Of a stretch of DNA of 62,533 nt, positions 1 through 9,922 are shown one piece after another (within the stretch, counting starts at the first letter, position 1; each line of letters opens with the position of its first letter). Source of the stretch: an uncultured Desulfurococcaceae archaeon (GTDB lineage Archaea > Thermoproteota > Thermoprotei_A > Sulfolobales > NBVN01). The notes beneath the pieces are model-generated. The model searched no databases. It saw only the letters and a program-made list of their open reading frames with translations, and had not been told where the DNA came from. The position numbers were made by a program, and so were the translations under genes. The stretch lies in assembly GCA_964636755.1 (NCBI GenBank), contig CAZWSU010000048.1, positions 1-62,533 on the forward strand, in the 5' to 3' direction.

Positions 1-965
1 CCTCTTCCGATCCCCACCACGATTAAAAGCCCTACTATAACCCACCTCAAGTAATCTGGCGATATAATAGTAATACCTAGTAAGGGAGTTATGAAAGTTA
101 ACATCCTATCTACAAATGTTAATATCGCGGCACCAACTAAAGAGCCTTTCAAATTACCGAAGCCTCCCAAGATTATCATAGCCCACACGTTGAAGGTTAC
201 TGCAGGCACAAACATATTAGGATTAACCGACGTCAAGTAATAAGCTAGGAGGACCCCCGCCATCCCGGCGAATCCGGAACCTATGAAGAGAACTGTTGCC
301 TTAATTCTAGGTACGTGCTTACCCAAGCAAAGCGCCGCTATCTCATCATCTCTAAGAGCTCTAAGAGATCTTCCCAGAGGCGAGTTAACTAACCTGTAAG
401 TCACTACGTAAGTTAGTGCGAGAAAACCTAGTACTAAGCATAGGTAGGCTGCCTCACGCACCCTACTCTCAGCTATCCATCCAAAAGGTGTTGGGATAGC
501 CATTAAGCCCTTACTAGCGCCCACAGGCTCATAATGCTGTAGGAATATCCTCAGGAGTTCTCCAGAACTAAGTAGGGTGAATCCCACAAACGCCGGACCT
601 ACCCTGAGGATAGGATACGTTAGTAAGTAGCCGAGAATCCCTGCAATTATGAAGGCTAACACAAGCGAGAGCGTTAGCAAGCCAATATTTAATAAGGGAT
701 TCTTATTACCTAGCTCTCCAAGCAATATTATCCCGTCTATACTATAGGGCGGCTTCTCACTGACGTTAATGCCATTCAATACTAAGACTAGATAGGTTGT
801 TAAGGTTGCGCCGATATATGCTCCAATACCATAGAAGACTACCTTACCGAAGTTAGTTATCCCGGCCGTACCCGATTCTAAGTTAAGTGTGAGCGAGAGT
901 ATCGCGTATATCCCGAACAAAGTTAACCAACTAATCATGAAGCCTACTACGTCGAATTCGATCAT
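1..965 (-). CDS. Liv-type (HAAT family) ABC transporter permease, LivM-like; 3' end runs off the window
   Basis: Not in the supplied ORF track because it is open to the window edge. My minus-strand translation from ATG 965-963 reads MIEFDVVGFMISWLTLFGIYAILSLTLNLESGTAGITNFGKVVFYGIGAYIG...RSLRALRDDEIAALCLGKHVPRIKATVLFIGSGFAGMAGVL, which is LivM-like. It has an ATGA start/stop overlap with the upstream LivH-like gene. Confidence 0.8.
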   Translation of the reverse strand, partial: MIEFDVVGFMISWLTLFGIYAILSLTLNLESGTAGITNFGKVVFYGIGAYIGATLTTYLVLVLNGINVSEKPPYSIDGIILLGELGNKNPLLNIGLLTLSLVLAFIIAGILGYLLTYPILRVGPAFVGFTLLSSGELLRIFLQHYEPVGASKGLMAIPTPFGWIAESRVREAAYLCLVLGFLALTYVVTYRLVNSPLGRSLRALRDDEIAALCLGKHVPRIKATVLFIGSGFAGMAGVLLAYYLTSVNPNMFVPAVTFNVWAMIILGGFGNLKGSLVGAAILTFVDRMLTFITPLLGITIISPDYLRWVIVGLLIVVGIGR

Positions 966-1918
966 TTCCTACTCCCCCTTCTCAAAAACCTGTAGGGTAG
1001 CCCGCCTCCGGCACCCAGCGGCGGGAACGCTATCAGAGTGGTTATTAAGGTTGCAAACGTGAGGAAGGGTCTGAAACTCACGGGGACTCCGAAGAATGAG
1101 TTAAGTATCGCTATACCTACATTCTCTATTGTGGCTATGAGTACAGCCCCTATTCCGGTTCTCAGTAAGGAAACTAACCCACCTATGAAACCTACCGTGA
1201 ATACTTGGAGAATCATGGAATCACCTGCTTCAGGCGTTATGGCTCCAGAGAAGGAGGTCCATATAACTCCGCCCACACCCACGAGACCACCGCAGATAAA
1301 CCACGTCAGATTTACGATGAGCGATCTCGGTATCCCCGAAATTTCAGCGAGTGACGGATTATCAGCGACCGCTCTTATGGCTCTGCCAATCTTGGTTTTC
1401 TCTAAGAGTATGTAGAGAAGCACTACGGTGATTGATGCGGCCACTAAACTCGCTACGAGTGCTTGACTAAAGTCAACGCCTCCTACAATACCTCTGGGCA
1501 CGTCCGAATACGTGATCTTACCGTAGGACACGAAATTCTTAGTTGTATAGTAATGCGCTATATCAGTGATCATGTAGAGTAAGTACTTGTAAGCTATCCA
1601 TAAACCCATTGAGGATATCATCACTATAGCTGGTGAGGAACCTCTCTTCTGAAGAGGTGTGAAAACAAGTTCGTTATTTATGACAGCTATAGAACCCGTC
1701 AACGCAAAAGCAACGATCACAGCTAATGACATGAGATTTAATCCCAATATCCCATGCAGGAATATAGCTACGTACGCACCATAAGTTATGAAGTTCGCGT
1801 GCGCGAAGTTAATCACCTTAGTAGTTCTATAACTTAATGTTAATGGTAATGAAAAAATTAGGTAGAATAAAGAGTATTGAAACGCGTTCATCACTGCTTG
1901 CTGCATGCCGGGTATCAA
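962..1918 (-). CDS. Liv-type ABC transporter permease, LivH-like
   Basis: 318-aa polytopic membrane protein with an INFAHANFITYGAY motif region. It sits between a substrate-binding gene and a LivM-like gene on the same strand. Confidence 0.8.
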   Translation of the reverse strand: MIPGMQQAVMNAFQYSLFYLIFSLPLTLSYRTTKVINFAHANFITYGAYVAIFLHGILGLNLMSLAVIVAFALTGSIAVINNELVFTPLQKRGSSPAIVMISSMGLWIAYKYLLYMITDIAHYYTTKNFVSYGKITYSDVPRGIVGGVDFSQALVASLVAASITVVLLYILLEKTKIGRAIRAVADNPSLAEISGIPRSLIVNLTWFICGGLVGVGGVIWTSFSGAITPEAGDSMILQVFTVGFIGGLVSLLRTGIGAVLIATIENVGIAILNSFFGVPVSFRPFLTFATLITTLIAFPPLGAGGGLPYRFLRRGSRK

Positions 1919-1994
1919 TCTCCCACCCCATACCTCCTTAACTCATTTAATGTGAGTTAAACTTATATTTAGAAATAATTACTTGTTTTAAAAA

Positions 1995-3320
1995 TTATGG
2001 GTATGCTTGCTCAAGGAATATTATCGTGCCTCTCTCATAGAGACCAACGTCTTTAAATTGATAACCCTCAGGTCCTCCGGGAATTATAGCCCAAACACCG
2101 TAGTCTTGCTGTGCTTTATCGCCTGCGGAGTCGAATATAGTCCACCCGCTAGGACCGTAGTAAGTCTTAGCTACCTCTATCAAGGCGACTCTTATAGCTT
2201 CCCCGTCGTAGGTTCCTGCTCTAAGTATCGCCCAGCCAGCAAGCTTCACAGCGTCATACAGGTTCTCACTAAACACGCCTGGCTCAACACCGAATCTCTG
2301 TACCATCCTATTCTTGAAGTCTTCGTAGAGCGGATTAGCTATGAATAGAGGCCTAGTCCCGAATAATTTTACCTTAGATGCAAACTGCCCGATGGTAGGG
2401 GAGAGCAATTCTCCCGCGCCGTGCGGTCCCTCAGAAACAAACCACCTCACACTAGAAAGTATGTCTGACTCAGCAGCATGTGAAAGTATGTTAGCTCCGT
2501 CAGTATCGAAAGCTATTAACACTACAGCGTCAGCTCCCTCACTCTGAACCTTGCTTGCTAAAGTAGCTACCTCCGACGCATAGTCTGATAAGCCTGTCTG
2601 ATAAGGCAACTTAATCACAGATCCACCCATATCCTTGAAGTAGTTCTCGAAGAAGTCCGCAAACGCTTTACCATACTCGTCGTTTCTATGGAATACTACG
2701 ACCTTCCTAGCACCCTCTTGATACGCTAGGGCAGCCAACGCCTTAGCCTGACCAGCGTCAGAACCAACAGTCCTGAAAACGTAGTCGTTAGGTATAGCTA
2801 GAGTAGGTGCGGTGGAAGACGGTGATATAAGAACTATCTTATTGCTATCAACATAGCTCTTAACAACCTTAACTTGAGCGCTGGCAGCAGGTCCTATAAC
2901 AACCTTAATACCTTGTTGAGCAAAACTCTGCACGTTCTGCAACGCTTTCTCTTCGAGAGTACCGTCATCCAGAATCACGGCACGGAACTCAACGTTGAAG
3001 CCGTAAGCCTGAACCTCCTTATTCAAGTCTTCGATAGCTAGCTGAACTACCTTCTCCCATATCTTACCGATCGAAGATAGTTCTCCAGAGAGTGGTAGGG
3101 TGAAGCCTATATTATATATCTTCTTTTCAGGAGTTACGGTCACGGTGGTAGCTGCGCCACCGCCACTCATCACGGCTATACCGTAACCTGCTGCTAGACC
3201 TATTATTAGAGCCACTATTACTAAGGCAATAGCTCTCATATCGAACGCCATGTGAGTGGTACCCCAAATATTTTTCCCAGAAACCTTTTTAAGCTTTTCA
3301 TATATATCAAGAGTAAACAT
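1995..3320 (-). CDS. Liv-type ABC transporter substrate-binding protein (type-1 periplasmic binding fold), membrane-anchored
   Basis: The N-terminal TM helix (IALVIVALIIGLAAGYGIAV) is followed by a PBP1-like body. It is the first gene of the operon. The real start is probably the internal Met near 3251 or 3239 (MAFDMRAIAL...). Confidence 0.75.
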   Translation of the reverse strand: MFTLDIYEKLKKVSGKNIWGTTHMAFDMRAIALVIVALIIGLAAGYGIAVMSGGGAATTVTVTPEKKIYNIGFTLPLSGELSSIGKIWEKVVQLAIEDLNKEVQAYGFNVEFRAVILDDGTLEEKALQNVQSFAQQGIKVVIGPAASAQVKVVKSYVDSNKIVLISPSSTAPTLAIPNDYVFRTVGSDAGQAKALAALAYQEGARKVVVFHRNDEYGKAFADFFENYFKDMGGSVIKLPYQTGLSDYASEVATLASKVQSEGADAVVLIAFDTDGANILSHAAESDILSSVRWFVSEGPHGAGELLSPTIGQFASKVKLFGTRPLFIANPLYEDFKNRMVQRFGVEPGVFSENLYDAVKLAGWAILRAGTYDGEAIRVALIEVAKTYYGPSGWTIFDSAGDKAQQDYGVWAIIPGGPEGYQFKDVGLYERGTIIFLEQAYP

Positions 3321-3480
3321 GATCGTGAATCCGCTAACGGCGTGAATATTTCTTCAATTTTTATCTGGTGACACTATGATTTAGCGTTAATATAACATTA
3401 ATCACATTAACTTTTAAGAAAATAGCTTCACTTAGCAGACGATCATCATCTTGACTTAACACTTAGTTACGTGTAGGTCA

Positions 3481-4254
3481 TTACGTTAAGTGTATCACGT
3501 CGCCCGCGTAGATAAAGCGTTTAACGCCTGCTAAGTCTTCTACTATTAATGAGCCGTCTGATGCTACGTCAACCGCTACGCCCTCAATAACCCCCTCCCC
3601 AGTAACTACCTTAACCTTCCTACCTAGAGTTTCCGTAAGACCACGCCATTCTTCCAGGATCTTATCTGTCTCCCCATCGAGTAACTTGAGGTATGTTCCC
3701 TCAATCTCTTGAAGGATCTTCGATAGTAGAGGGGTTCTAGGGACTTGACGCTTAAGAACTTCCTTAATACTTATCGCTTTCTCTCTCAGCTCACCTGGTA
3801 TTTCGTTATTAACATTGATTCCAACACCTACGAAGAGAGCTGTTTTGAGGTTTTTCTTTCCTTCAATTAAAATACCGGCGATCTTCCTCCCGTTTACTAA
3901 GACGTCGTTAGGCCACTTAACCACCGCTTTAACCTCGTAGAGCTCTCTCAGTGTCTTAGCTACTGAAGAACCTATCCCTAAGCTGAGTATCTGGAGATTA
4001 GTTGGTTTAGGGGGTGTGAGAACTAGAGTGAACCAAAGACCTCCTGAGGTAGCTAACCAGCTCCTCCCTAACCTCCCCCTACCAGAACTCATCTCATCTG
4101 CGACGACTACTAAGCCTTCACCATAGCCTTGCTCGAAAAGCTTCATAGCCAGGTCTTGAGTAGATGAGCAATTCCTTACATAATAGACCACATACCTTAG
4201 CTTACTACCTACCATACTTAAGTAAGTCTGCAAATCGCTGAAATCTTCAATCAA
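3481..4254 (-). CDS. birA: Biotin--protein ligase (group I, no N-terminal HTH)
   Basis: Carries the GRGRLGRSW biotin-binding signature, KWPNDV, and a C-terminal SH3-like tail. Length is 257 aa. Confidence 0.85.
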   Translation of the reverse strand: MIEDFSDLQTYLSMVGSKLRYVVYYVRNCSSTQDLAMKLFEQGYGEGLVVVADEMSSGRGRLGRSWLATSGGLWFTLVLTPPKPTNLQILSLGIGSSVAKTLRELYEVKAVVKWPNDVLVNGRKIAGILIEGKKNLKTALFVGVGINVNNEIPGELREKAISIKEVLKRQVPRTPLLSKILQEIEGTYLKLLDGETDKILEEWRGLTETLGRKVKVVTGEGVIEGVAVDVASDGSLIVEDLAGVKRFIYAGDVIHLT

Positions 4255-4313
4255 GTGCTGTTACCTCACCTAAGCAATAAGTGCTTTGGTTTTTAACTTA
4301 GCCAGAAAGAAAA

Positions 4314-4739
4314 CTATGTGAAAACCTTAATAAACGTTAGTACCGCATCAATAACGTCTCTCAGAGACACCATACCCACGGGTTTCTTCTCTGAATTGAT
4401 TACTGGTAAATGCCTTATGTTATTCTCACGCATCTTCTGTAGAGCCTCATCTACCGGAGAACCAGGCTCTATGGTTACGGGGTTTTCAGTCATTATCATG
4501 TAGGCCGGCAGATTCTTACCTATCTTCCCGTCAGCTATAGCGTATATGAGGTCTCTCTCAGTTATTATGCCTGTCAGAAACCCTCCTGAATCCACTATCA
4601 TTACACTACCTATGTTGTTCTCGTTCATGATCTTAGCGATCTCCTCAACGGGAGTGTCTTCCGTAGCGGTTATTGGCGGTGTACTCATGATGTCAGCTAC
4701 TCTTATAGGGAACTTCCTACTACGCCTAATTACAGGCAT
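4314..4739 (-). CDS. CBS-domain pair protein
   Basis: 141 aa with two CBS-like repeats (VADIMSTPPITAT... and ITERDLIYAI.../HLPVINSEKKPVGMVSLRDVI). Confidence 0.8.
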   Translation of the reverse strand: MPVIRRSRKFPIRVADIMSTPPITATEDTPVEEIAKIMNENNIGSVMIVDSGGFLTGIITERDLIYAIADGKIGKNLPAYMIMTENPVTIEPGSPVDEALQKMRENNIRHLPVINSEKKPVGMVSLRDVIDAVLTFIKVFT

Positions 4740-4796
4740 CTCATTAACGCCTCCGTAATATCACTTTGGTGATGGGTTAATAAGCCTTACGCGACC

Positions 4797-6245
4797 CTAC
4801 ATCCTTAGCGTCTTCCTTACCGCGTAGGTGATTATGAGGGTTGCCAGGTTTGTCGCAAGACCCCACATTATGAGGTGTATGCTGAACGGTTCTAGACCCC
4901 AGTAAGCATTCATTACGAGCACCGTTAACTCCCCTACTAGTAAACCGCTTAAAACCTCGTATTTCTGGAGAGATCTCCAGAAAATACCTATGAAGAGTCC
5001 TGGAAGCAACTGAGTCACGCCAGCGTAACCCATTAGGAGTAAGTCGACTAAGAGTGCGGGGGATGTGTAGGCTAGGATCGTTGAGATTATCCCTAATCCT
5101 ACCACAGCTACTCTAGTCAGGGTTACTAATCCCTTATCACTTAACCTGTTCCTGAAGACCTGCTGTACTAGGTTTCTGGATATCGTGCTCGCCTGATCTA
5201 GTAGGAGGCCTGCGGCCGTGGAGAGGGATGCTGCTGCCCCGCCAGCGGCTACGAACCCCAACATTACGGGTCCGAAAGCCTCGCTAATGAGTGTGATGAA
5301 GGCGTAGTCACTACCTCTTAGTTGCGTCCCTAGAGCGAGAGCTACTAAGCCCATGTGAGTAACCCAGAGTGATCCTAGAACCAGATACCAAGAGTTGAGG
5401 ACCATGCCCTTCTTAATAACCTTAACGTCCTTAGCTGTGAAGAGCGTCTGGACTCTCTGAGACCAGCACCAAAAACCTATCCCAGTACCTATGACTGAAG
5501 ATATGAACCAAGTCTCAGGTCTTAAGCCGCCGGGTCCCGGGAGAGTTAGGTGAGCTGGCGAGACCGAGGAAACCGCTTCGTAAAGACCCGGCAACCCGCC
5601 GAAATACTTAAGGATTATAGCCCAACTACCACCAAACATTGTAACAAGCATTAAAGCACCTAGGAACACGTTAGTCAACGCTATAGACATCATGCCGCCT
5701 AAGAACACGTAGAGAATCACTAAACCAAAAACGATTACTGACAGATGTAGTGATGGTAATGAGCCATAGGATGTTGTATCAATTATTATCGATACTGCCT
5801 GAATCTGTAACTGCACGTAAGGTATTTGAAAAACTACTGAGATTATCGCGGCTAAGATCATTAATACCTTACTATTATACCTCCACATAATGAAGTCAGA
5901 TAGCGTTAGTAGGTTATGCTTCTTAGCTAAGCTCCATACTCGAGGAGCTACTAAGTACCCCACAACGTAGCCTAAGAGTGAAGTACCCCAGACAAATATC
6001 GTTGCGGCGCCGTATTTGTAGGAGTAGCCCGCCGTACCTAGGAATGTGTAGCCACTATATATCACAGCGGCAGAGTTTAAGAAGAAGACGAGGGTCCCTA
6101 AAGTCCTGCCAGCAACTATGTAGGTATCTGCTCTAAGAATCCTGACTTTCAGTCTCGAGACTAGAACGCCTATAAACACCGACATAGCTATAACGGAGAA
6201 AACTATGGAGGAAGCCAATAATGCTTCAGCCCTCAATAACGTCAC
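4797..6245 (-). CDS. Sodium:solute symporter family (SSS) transporter
   Basis: 482-aa polytopic membrane protein of about 13 TM with SSS-like organisation. It is translationally coupled (4-nt overlap) to a small 2-TM protein upstream. Confidence 0.7.
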   Translation of the reverse strand: MTLLRAEALLASSIVFSVIAMSVFIGVLVSRLKVRILRADTYIVAGRTLGTLVFFLNSAAVIYSGYTFLGTAGYSYKYGAATIFVWGTSLLGYVVGYLVAPRVWSLAKKHNLLTLSDFIMWRYNSKVLMILAAIISVVFQIPYVQLQIQAVSIIIDTTSYGSLPSLHLSVIVFGLVILYVFLGGMMSIALTNVFLGALMLVTMFGGSWAIILKYFGGLPGLYEAVSSVSPAHLTLPGPGGLRPETWFISSVIGTGIGFWCWSQRVQTLFTAKDVKVIKKGMVLNSWYLVLGSLWVTHMGLVALALGTQLRGSDYAFITLISEAFGPVMLGFVAAGGAAASLSTAAGLLLDQASTISRNLVQQVFRNRLSDKGLVTLTRVAVVGLGIISTILAYTSPALLVDLLLMGYAGVTQLLPGLFIGIFWRSLQKYEVLSGLLVGELTVLVMNAYWGLEPFSIHLIMWGLATNLATLIITYAVRKTLRM

Positions 6246-6451
6246 CTCTCAAGCAAGTACATGAAAGTTATCACTAGAGTCGTAGCTATGGATAGCAATA
6301 TGTAGTAGAACCAAAGCAAGGGAATACCTAAAACCTTAATATCAGACCTGTTAACCAGAGGTAGTAAAGCAACCCACAAGGTAAAGATAATCAAGCCAAT
6401 AACGACCTGATGTTTTCCGGGTTCCGTAGGCTCCTCCAACACACCACCCAC
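6242..6451 (-). CDS. Small 2-TM membrane protein, DUF3311-like accessory subunit of the SSS transporter
   Basis: 69 aa with two hydrophobic helices. It overlaps the symporter start by 4 nt, the usual arrangement for DUF3311/SSS pairs. Confidence 0.55.
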   Translation of the reverse strand: MGGVLEEPTEPGKHQVVIGLIIFTLWVALLPLVNRSDIKVLGIPLLWFYYILLSIATTLVITFMYLLER

Positions 6452-6541
6452 AAAATAGCGATTATCAGATTAAAAGTCTTCAACGTGAACTATTCCAAGG
6501 AATAAAGACCCATGGAAAGATTAGAGAGTTTTATGATTGCG

Positions 6542-7270
6542 TTATATTATTAAGTAAGCTTTCCGCAATCTCTCATCATTTATTAAGGCCGGGCTCTCCC
6601 CCTCCAATACTATCTTACCTGACTCCATCACGTAAGCCCTGTGCGAGATCTCTAAAGAGTTCTTGACGTGTTGCTCTACTAGGAGTAAAGTGACCTTCCA
6701 TTCCTCGTTTAACTTCTTAAATATTTGAAAGAGTTCTGAGACTATCTTAGGTGCTAAGCCGAGACTTGGCTCATCTAATAGCAGTATCTTAGGTCTCGAC
6801 ATCAAGGCCCTACCTATAGCGAGCATCTGCGACTCCCCTCCAGAGAGCGTGCCGGCTATCTGGTTCTTCCTTTCCTTAAGCTTAGGGAATATAGTGAACA
6901 CCATCTCAAGAGAATCATTAAGTTTTTGCCTAGCTTCCTCATGATAAGCACCTAAGTAGAGATTCTCAAGCACTGTTAGGGGTGCGAAGATCCCCCTACC
7001 CTCAGGCACTAACGCCAACCCCTTCTTGATCCTATTATATGTTGGGACCTCATTAATTCTTGATCCATCAAACATTATCTCACCCTTGAAGAGATTTGTG
7101 AGACCCACAATAGTCTTTAAAGTCGTTGTTTTACCGGCACCGTTAGGACCTACTAGAGCCACGATCTCCCCTTTATCTACCCTAAGACTCACACCGTGAA
7201 GAACCCTGAATACCCCGTAGCCTGCTTCCACGTTCATTAACTCAAGTAACGTGTTCCTCACATTCATCAC
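6542..7270 (-). CDS. livF: Liv-type ABC transporter ATP-binding protein, LivF-like
   Basis: Walker A GPNGAGKTT, signature LSGGESQMLAIGRAL, Walker B LLLDEPSLGL. It is the last gene of a 5-gene operon. Confidence 0.85.
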   Translation of the reverse strand: MMNVRNTLLELMNVEAGYGVFRVLHGVSLRVDKGEIVALVGPNGAGKTTTLKTIVGLTNLFKGEIMFDGSRINEVPTYNRIKKGLALVPEGRGIFAPLTVLENLYLGAYHEEARQKLNDSLEMVFTIFPKLKERKNQIAGTLSGGESQMLAIGRALMSRPKILLLDEPSLGLAPKIVSELFQIFKKLNEEWKVTLLLVEQHVKNSLEISHRAYVMESGKIVLEGESPALINDERLRKAYLII

Positions 7271-7271
7271 C

Positions 7272-8006
7272 TCAAATAGGTTTAGTGCCCAAATAAGCTT
7301 CCACTACTAGAGGGTCTCTCGCGATCTCAGCGGGCTTCCCCTGCGTTAACAATCTCCCTTCATGTAATACCACTATCCTGTCGCTAATGTTCATCACGAA
7401 CCTCATGACATGCTCTATCACGCCTAAAGTTATGCCCATCTCCCTATTAACCTTCTTAACTACGTCAGCTATAACGTCGACTTCGTGAGGTCTCAACCCA
7501 GCCACCACCTCATCTAGGAATAGTAGCTTGGGTTTAGTGGCTATAGCTCTAGCAAGATCCACTAACTTATGCTCTATCAAAGCGATGTTCTTACCGAGAG
7601 CCTCGAACTTACTTCTAGGGATGCCTACAAACTCAAGCACCTCCGCAGCTTCCTCCCTAGCTTTAAGAACATCCTTAGTTCTCAGCAAGGCCCCTGCAGT
7701 AACCGCTTCAATCACCGTCATGTTATAGAATGGCCTTATCTTCTGCCATGTCCTCGCAATACCTTTCAGCGCTATGAAGTGAGGTTGCTTACCGGTTATA
7801 TCCTCCCCTAAGAAGAGAACCTTCCCACCATCAGGCTTGTAAATACCAGTCACACAGTTTACGAGCGTTGTCTTGCCCGCCCCGTTAGGACCTATTATGC
7901 CCAGAATCTCGCCTTTAGTTATCCTCATACTCACGTTATTGAGTGCCGTAATACCCCCGAAACGCTTACTAAGGTTAACTACCTCAAGTAAGGTTGCGTC
8001 ACTCAT
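7272..8006 (-). CDS. livG: Liv-type ABC transporter ATP-binding protein, LivG-like
   Basis: Walker A GPNGAGKTT, LFLDEVVAGL, and a C-terminal LivG-type extension. I prefer ATG 8006-8004, which makes an ATGA overlap with the LivM stop. The ORF track extends to 8021. Confidence 0.85.
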   Translation of the reverse strand: MSDATLLEVVNLSKRFGGITALNNVSMRITKGEILGIIGPNGAGKTTLVNCVTGIYKPDGGKVLFLGEDITGKQPHFIALKGIARTWQKIRPFYNMTVIEAVTAGALLRTKDVLKAREEAAEVLEFVGIPRSKFEALGKNIALIEHKLVDLARAIATKPKLLFLDEVVAGLRPHEVDVIADVVKKVNREMGITLGVIEHVMRFVMNISDRIVVLHEGRLLTQGKPAEIARDPLVVEAYLGTKPI

Positions 8007-8986
8007 GAGGTACCACCCCATATCTTAGCCTTAACCCTCCTAACCAGAGTGTCCGTAAGTGTTGAGAGTCCTTCAGGCCTTAAGATACCCACGGTTATTA
8101 GTAACACACCGAATAAGAGTAGGTGGAGGCCTGGCAAAACACCACCTAAGTAACCCCTTAAATACTCCTCAACGATCTTAAGTATTATAGCAGCAGTAAA
8201 CACCCCGCTCACGGACCCTAACCCACCCACTATACCTATTATAGCTATGTAGGTTGATTGAGGACTGCTGAAGGTGTTGTAAGAGAACGTTCTCTGCGAG
8301 ACTATGTATATATACCCGATGAAGCCTAAGATAGACGCGTAAGTCATTAAAGCCAGTAACTTATACTTCCTTACATCTATACCTACGGCCTCGGCAGCCA
8401 CCTCATCCTCTCTTATGGCTTTCAGGTAGTACCCTATCTTACTCCTACTTATGTAGAGGTTTAACGAGATGACGAAAGCTAATATTATTAAACTAAAGTA
8501 GTAGAGATTTTCCCAAGTCCTAAACCTGAGGTAGTACCAGCCCTCAACGAGCTGTATGTAGTAATCAGAAGGTCCCAACACCATTATGGAGGTTTCATGC
8601 AGAATTACTACTAAAGCAGCAGTTGATAAAGCGTACCATACCCCTCTTATGCCAAAACGGAAGAGAGGATATCCTATAATGAAAGCTAAAGCCGCTGAGA
8701 TCCCGGCACCTAAGAACATGCCGGCCCACGGCGTTATATTATATTCCATCATGAGCATTGTCGCTAATATCCCTCCGAGACCTATGTAAGCGAATGAAGC
8801 TAAATCTAGTTGTCCTGCATAACCACCAATTATGTTCCACGCTAAAGCTATCGAAGCTACTATAACGGATTGAAGAGCTAACAATATGTAGTACTGATTA
8901 AAACCTACTAAGAACGGTATAGTCGCTCCAGCAACCACTACGACGAGAGCCGGTAAAATTATAGAGAATGAATCTCTCGACCTCAC
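8003..8986 (-). CDS. livM: Liv-type ABC transporter permease, LivM-like
   Basis: 327-aa polytopic protein with the LKAIREDEVAAEAVGIDV motif typical of LivM. Confidence 0.85.
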   Translation of the reverse strand: MRSRDSFSIILPALVVVVAGATIPFLVGFNQYYILLALQSVIVASIALAWNIIGGYAGQLDLASFAYIGLGGILATMLMMEYNITPWAGMFLGAGISAALAFIIGYPLFRFGIRGVWYALSTAALVVILHETSIMVLGPSDYYIQLVEGWYYLRFRTWENLYYFSLIILAFVISLNLYISRSKIGYYLKAIREDEVAAEAVGIDVRKYKLLALMTYASILGFIGYIYIVSQRTFSYNTFSSPQSTYIAIIGIVGGLGSVSGVFTAAIILKIVEEYLRGYLGGVLPGLHLLLFGVLLITVGILRPEGLSTLTDTLVRRVKAKIWGGTS

Positions 8987-8991
8987 TTAAA

Positions 8992-9864
8992 TCACCCCTT
9001 ACCGAAAAGCCCCTGCGGTCTAAACCATAACACTACTATGAAGACCACGTAAGGTATTGCTAGACTAACCGTCGGCGAGACTAAGGTCATCGTTAAAGAC
9101 TGTATAATCCCCACTATGATGCTTGACGCCAAAAGACCTGAAACCCCACCTAAACCTCCTAACGCTATTATAACCCAAGTCAGCAGACCGAAGGAAGAAC
9201 CTATGTAAGGATCGGCTTGCCCGAAAGTCATCCAGAGAGACGCTGCAAGACCTGTGAGAGCTATTCCAAGACCGAAAACCAATAAAAATATTTTACCTAC
9301 ATTAATACCCATTAAAGACGCTACCTCCCTATCATAGGCAGTCGCTCTAATAGCTAAGCCAACCCAAGTCTTGGTCAGGAGATAGTGAACCCCTAACACT
9401 ATAAGGAAACTAAGTAGCGCGGAAGTTAGTTTAGCTGCGTGAACGCTGACTAAACTCAAATCCACGTAAAAGTTCAAGTAAGAGATCTGAACAGCTCTAG
9501 GCTCCGCCCTAAACGTCATTAAAGCGAGGTTTTGTAGGACATACCCCACTCCAACAGTAACTGCTATCTGTATTAATGGTTCCTTACCCAAAACAGGTCT
9601 TATGATAATTGTGTAAATAGCCGCGCCAATCACAAAGAAGAGAGGTACTGTAATTACGGACATCAACGAGGGATCTGATCTCAGGTTATTAGCCAGTATC
9701 CATACTAGGTAGGAACCTAACATGATGAAGTCTCCGTGAGCAAAGTTTATTATCCCCATGACGCCGAATACTAGCGAGAGTCCTAGAGCCATGATGGAGT
9801 ATAGAAAGCCTAGAAAAATCCCGTCTAGGACGCTCTGAAGTAATAGGTTAAGACTAGGTAACAT
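8992..9864 (-). CDS. livH: Liv-type ABC transporter permease, LivH-like
   Basis: 290 aa with INFAHGDFIMLGSY and IRATAYDREVASLMGINV motifs. Confidence 0.85.
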   Translation of the reverse strand: MLPSLNLLLQSVLDGIFLGFLYSIMALGLSLVFGVMGIINFAHGDFIMLGSYLVWILANNLRSDPSLMSVITVPLFFVIGAAIYTIIIRPVLGKEPLIQIAVTVGVGYVLQNLALMTFRAEPRAVQISYLNFYVDLSLVSVHAAKLTSALLSFLIVLGVHYLLTKTWVGLAIRATAYDREVASLMGINVGKIFLLVFGLGIALTGLAASLWMTFGQADPYIGSSFGLLTWVIIALGGLGGVSGLLASSIIVGIIQSLTMTLVSPTVSLAIPYVVFIVVLWFRPQGLFGKG

Positions 9865-9922
9865 TCTAGCTTCACCTGCTCACGTTAAAAGAATTATTCT
9901 TAAGCTAAAAAACCTTTAAGGT

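Noticed and set aside
1038-2547. Plus-strand ORFs 1038..1415, 2007..2348 and 2341..2547 nested in the operon A genes.
   Set aside because: They are antisense shadows inside genes with strong family signatures. They have odd composition (Pro/Ser/Thr-rich) and no motifs.
7528-8789. Plus-strand ORFs 7528..7728, 7569..7811 and 8586..8789. The same applies to similar nested ORFs elsewhere (12030..12251, 15478..15768, 17393..17602, 18803..19045, 20033..20299, 22196..22759, 23116..23346, 25517..26116, 26732..26989, 28828..29567, 30725..31899, 39283..39498, 40554..40745, 41541..41738, 42264..42764, 48390..48617, 49288..49476, 51582..52208, 53166..53663, 55661..56213, 57010..57288, 59730..60455, 61494..61730, 61974..62177).
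   Set aside because: Each lies wholly or mostly within a longer opposite-strand (or, for 4318..4758, overlapping) gene that has clear family motifs. None has recognisable motifs of its own.
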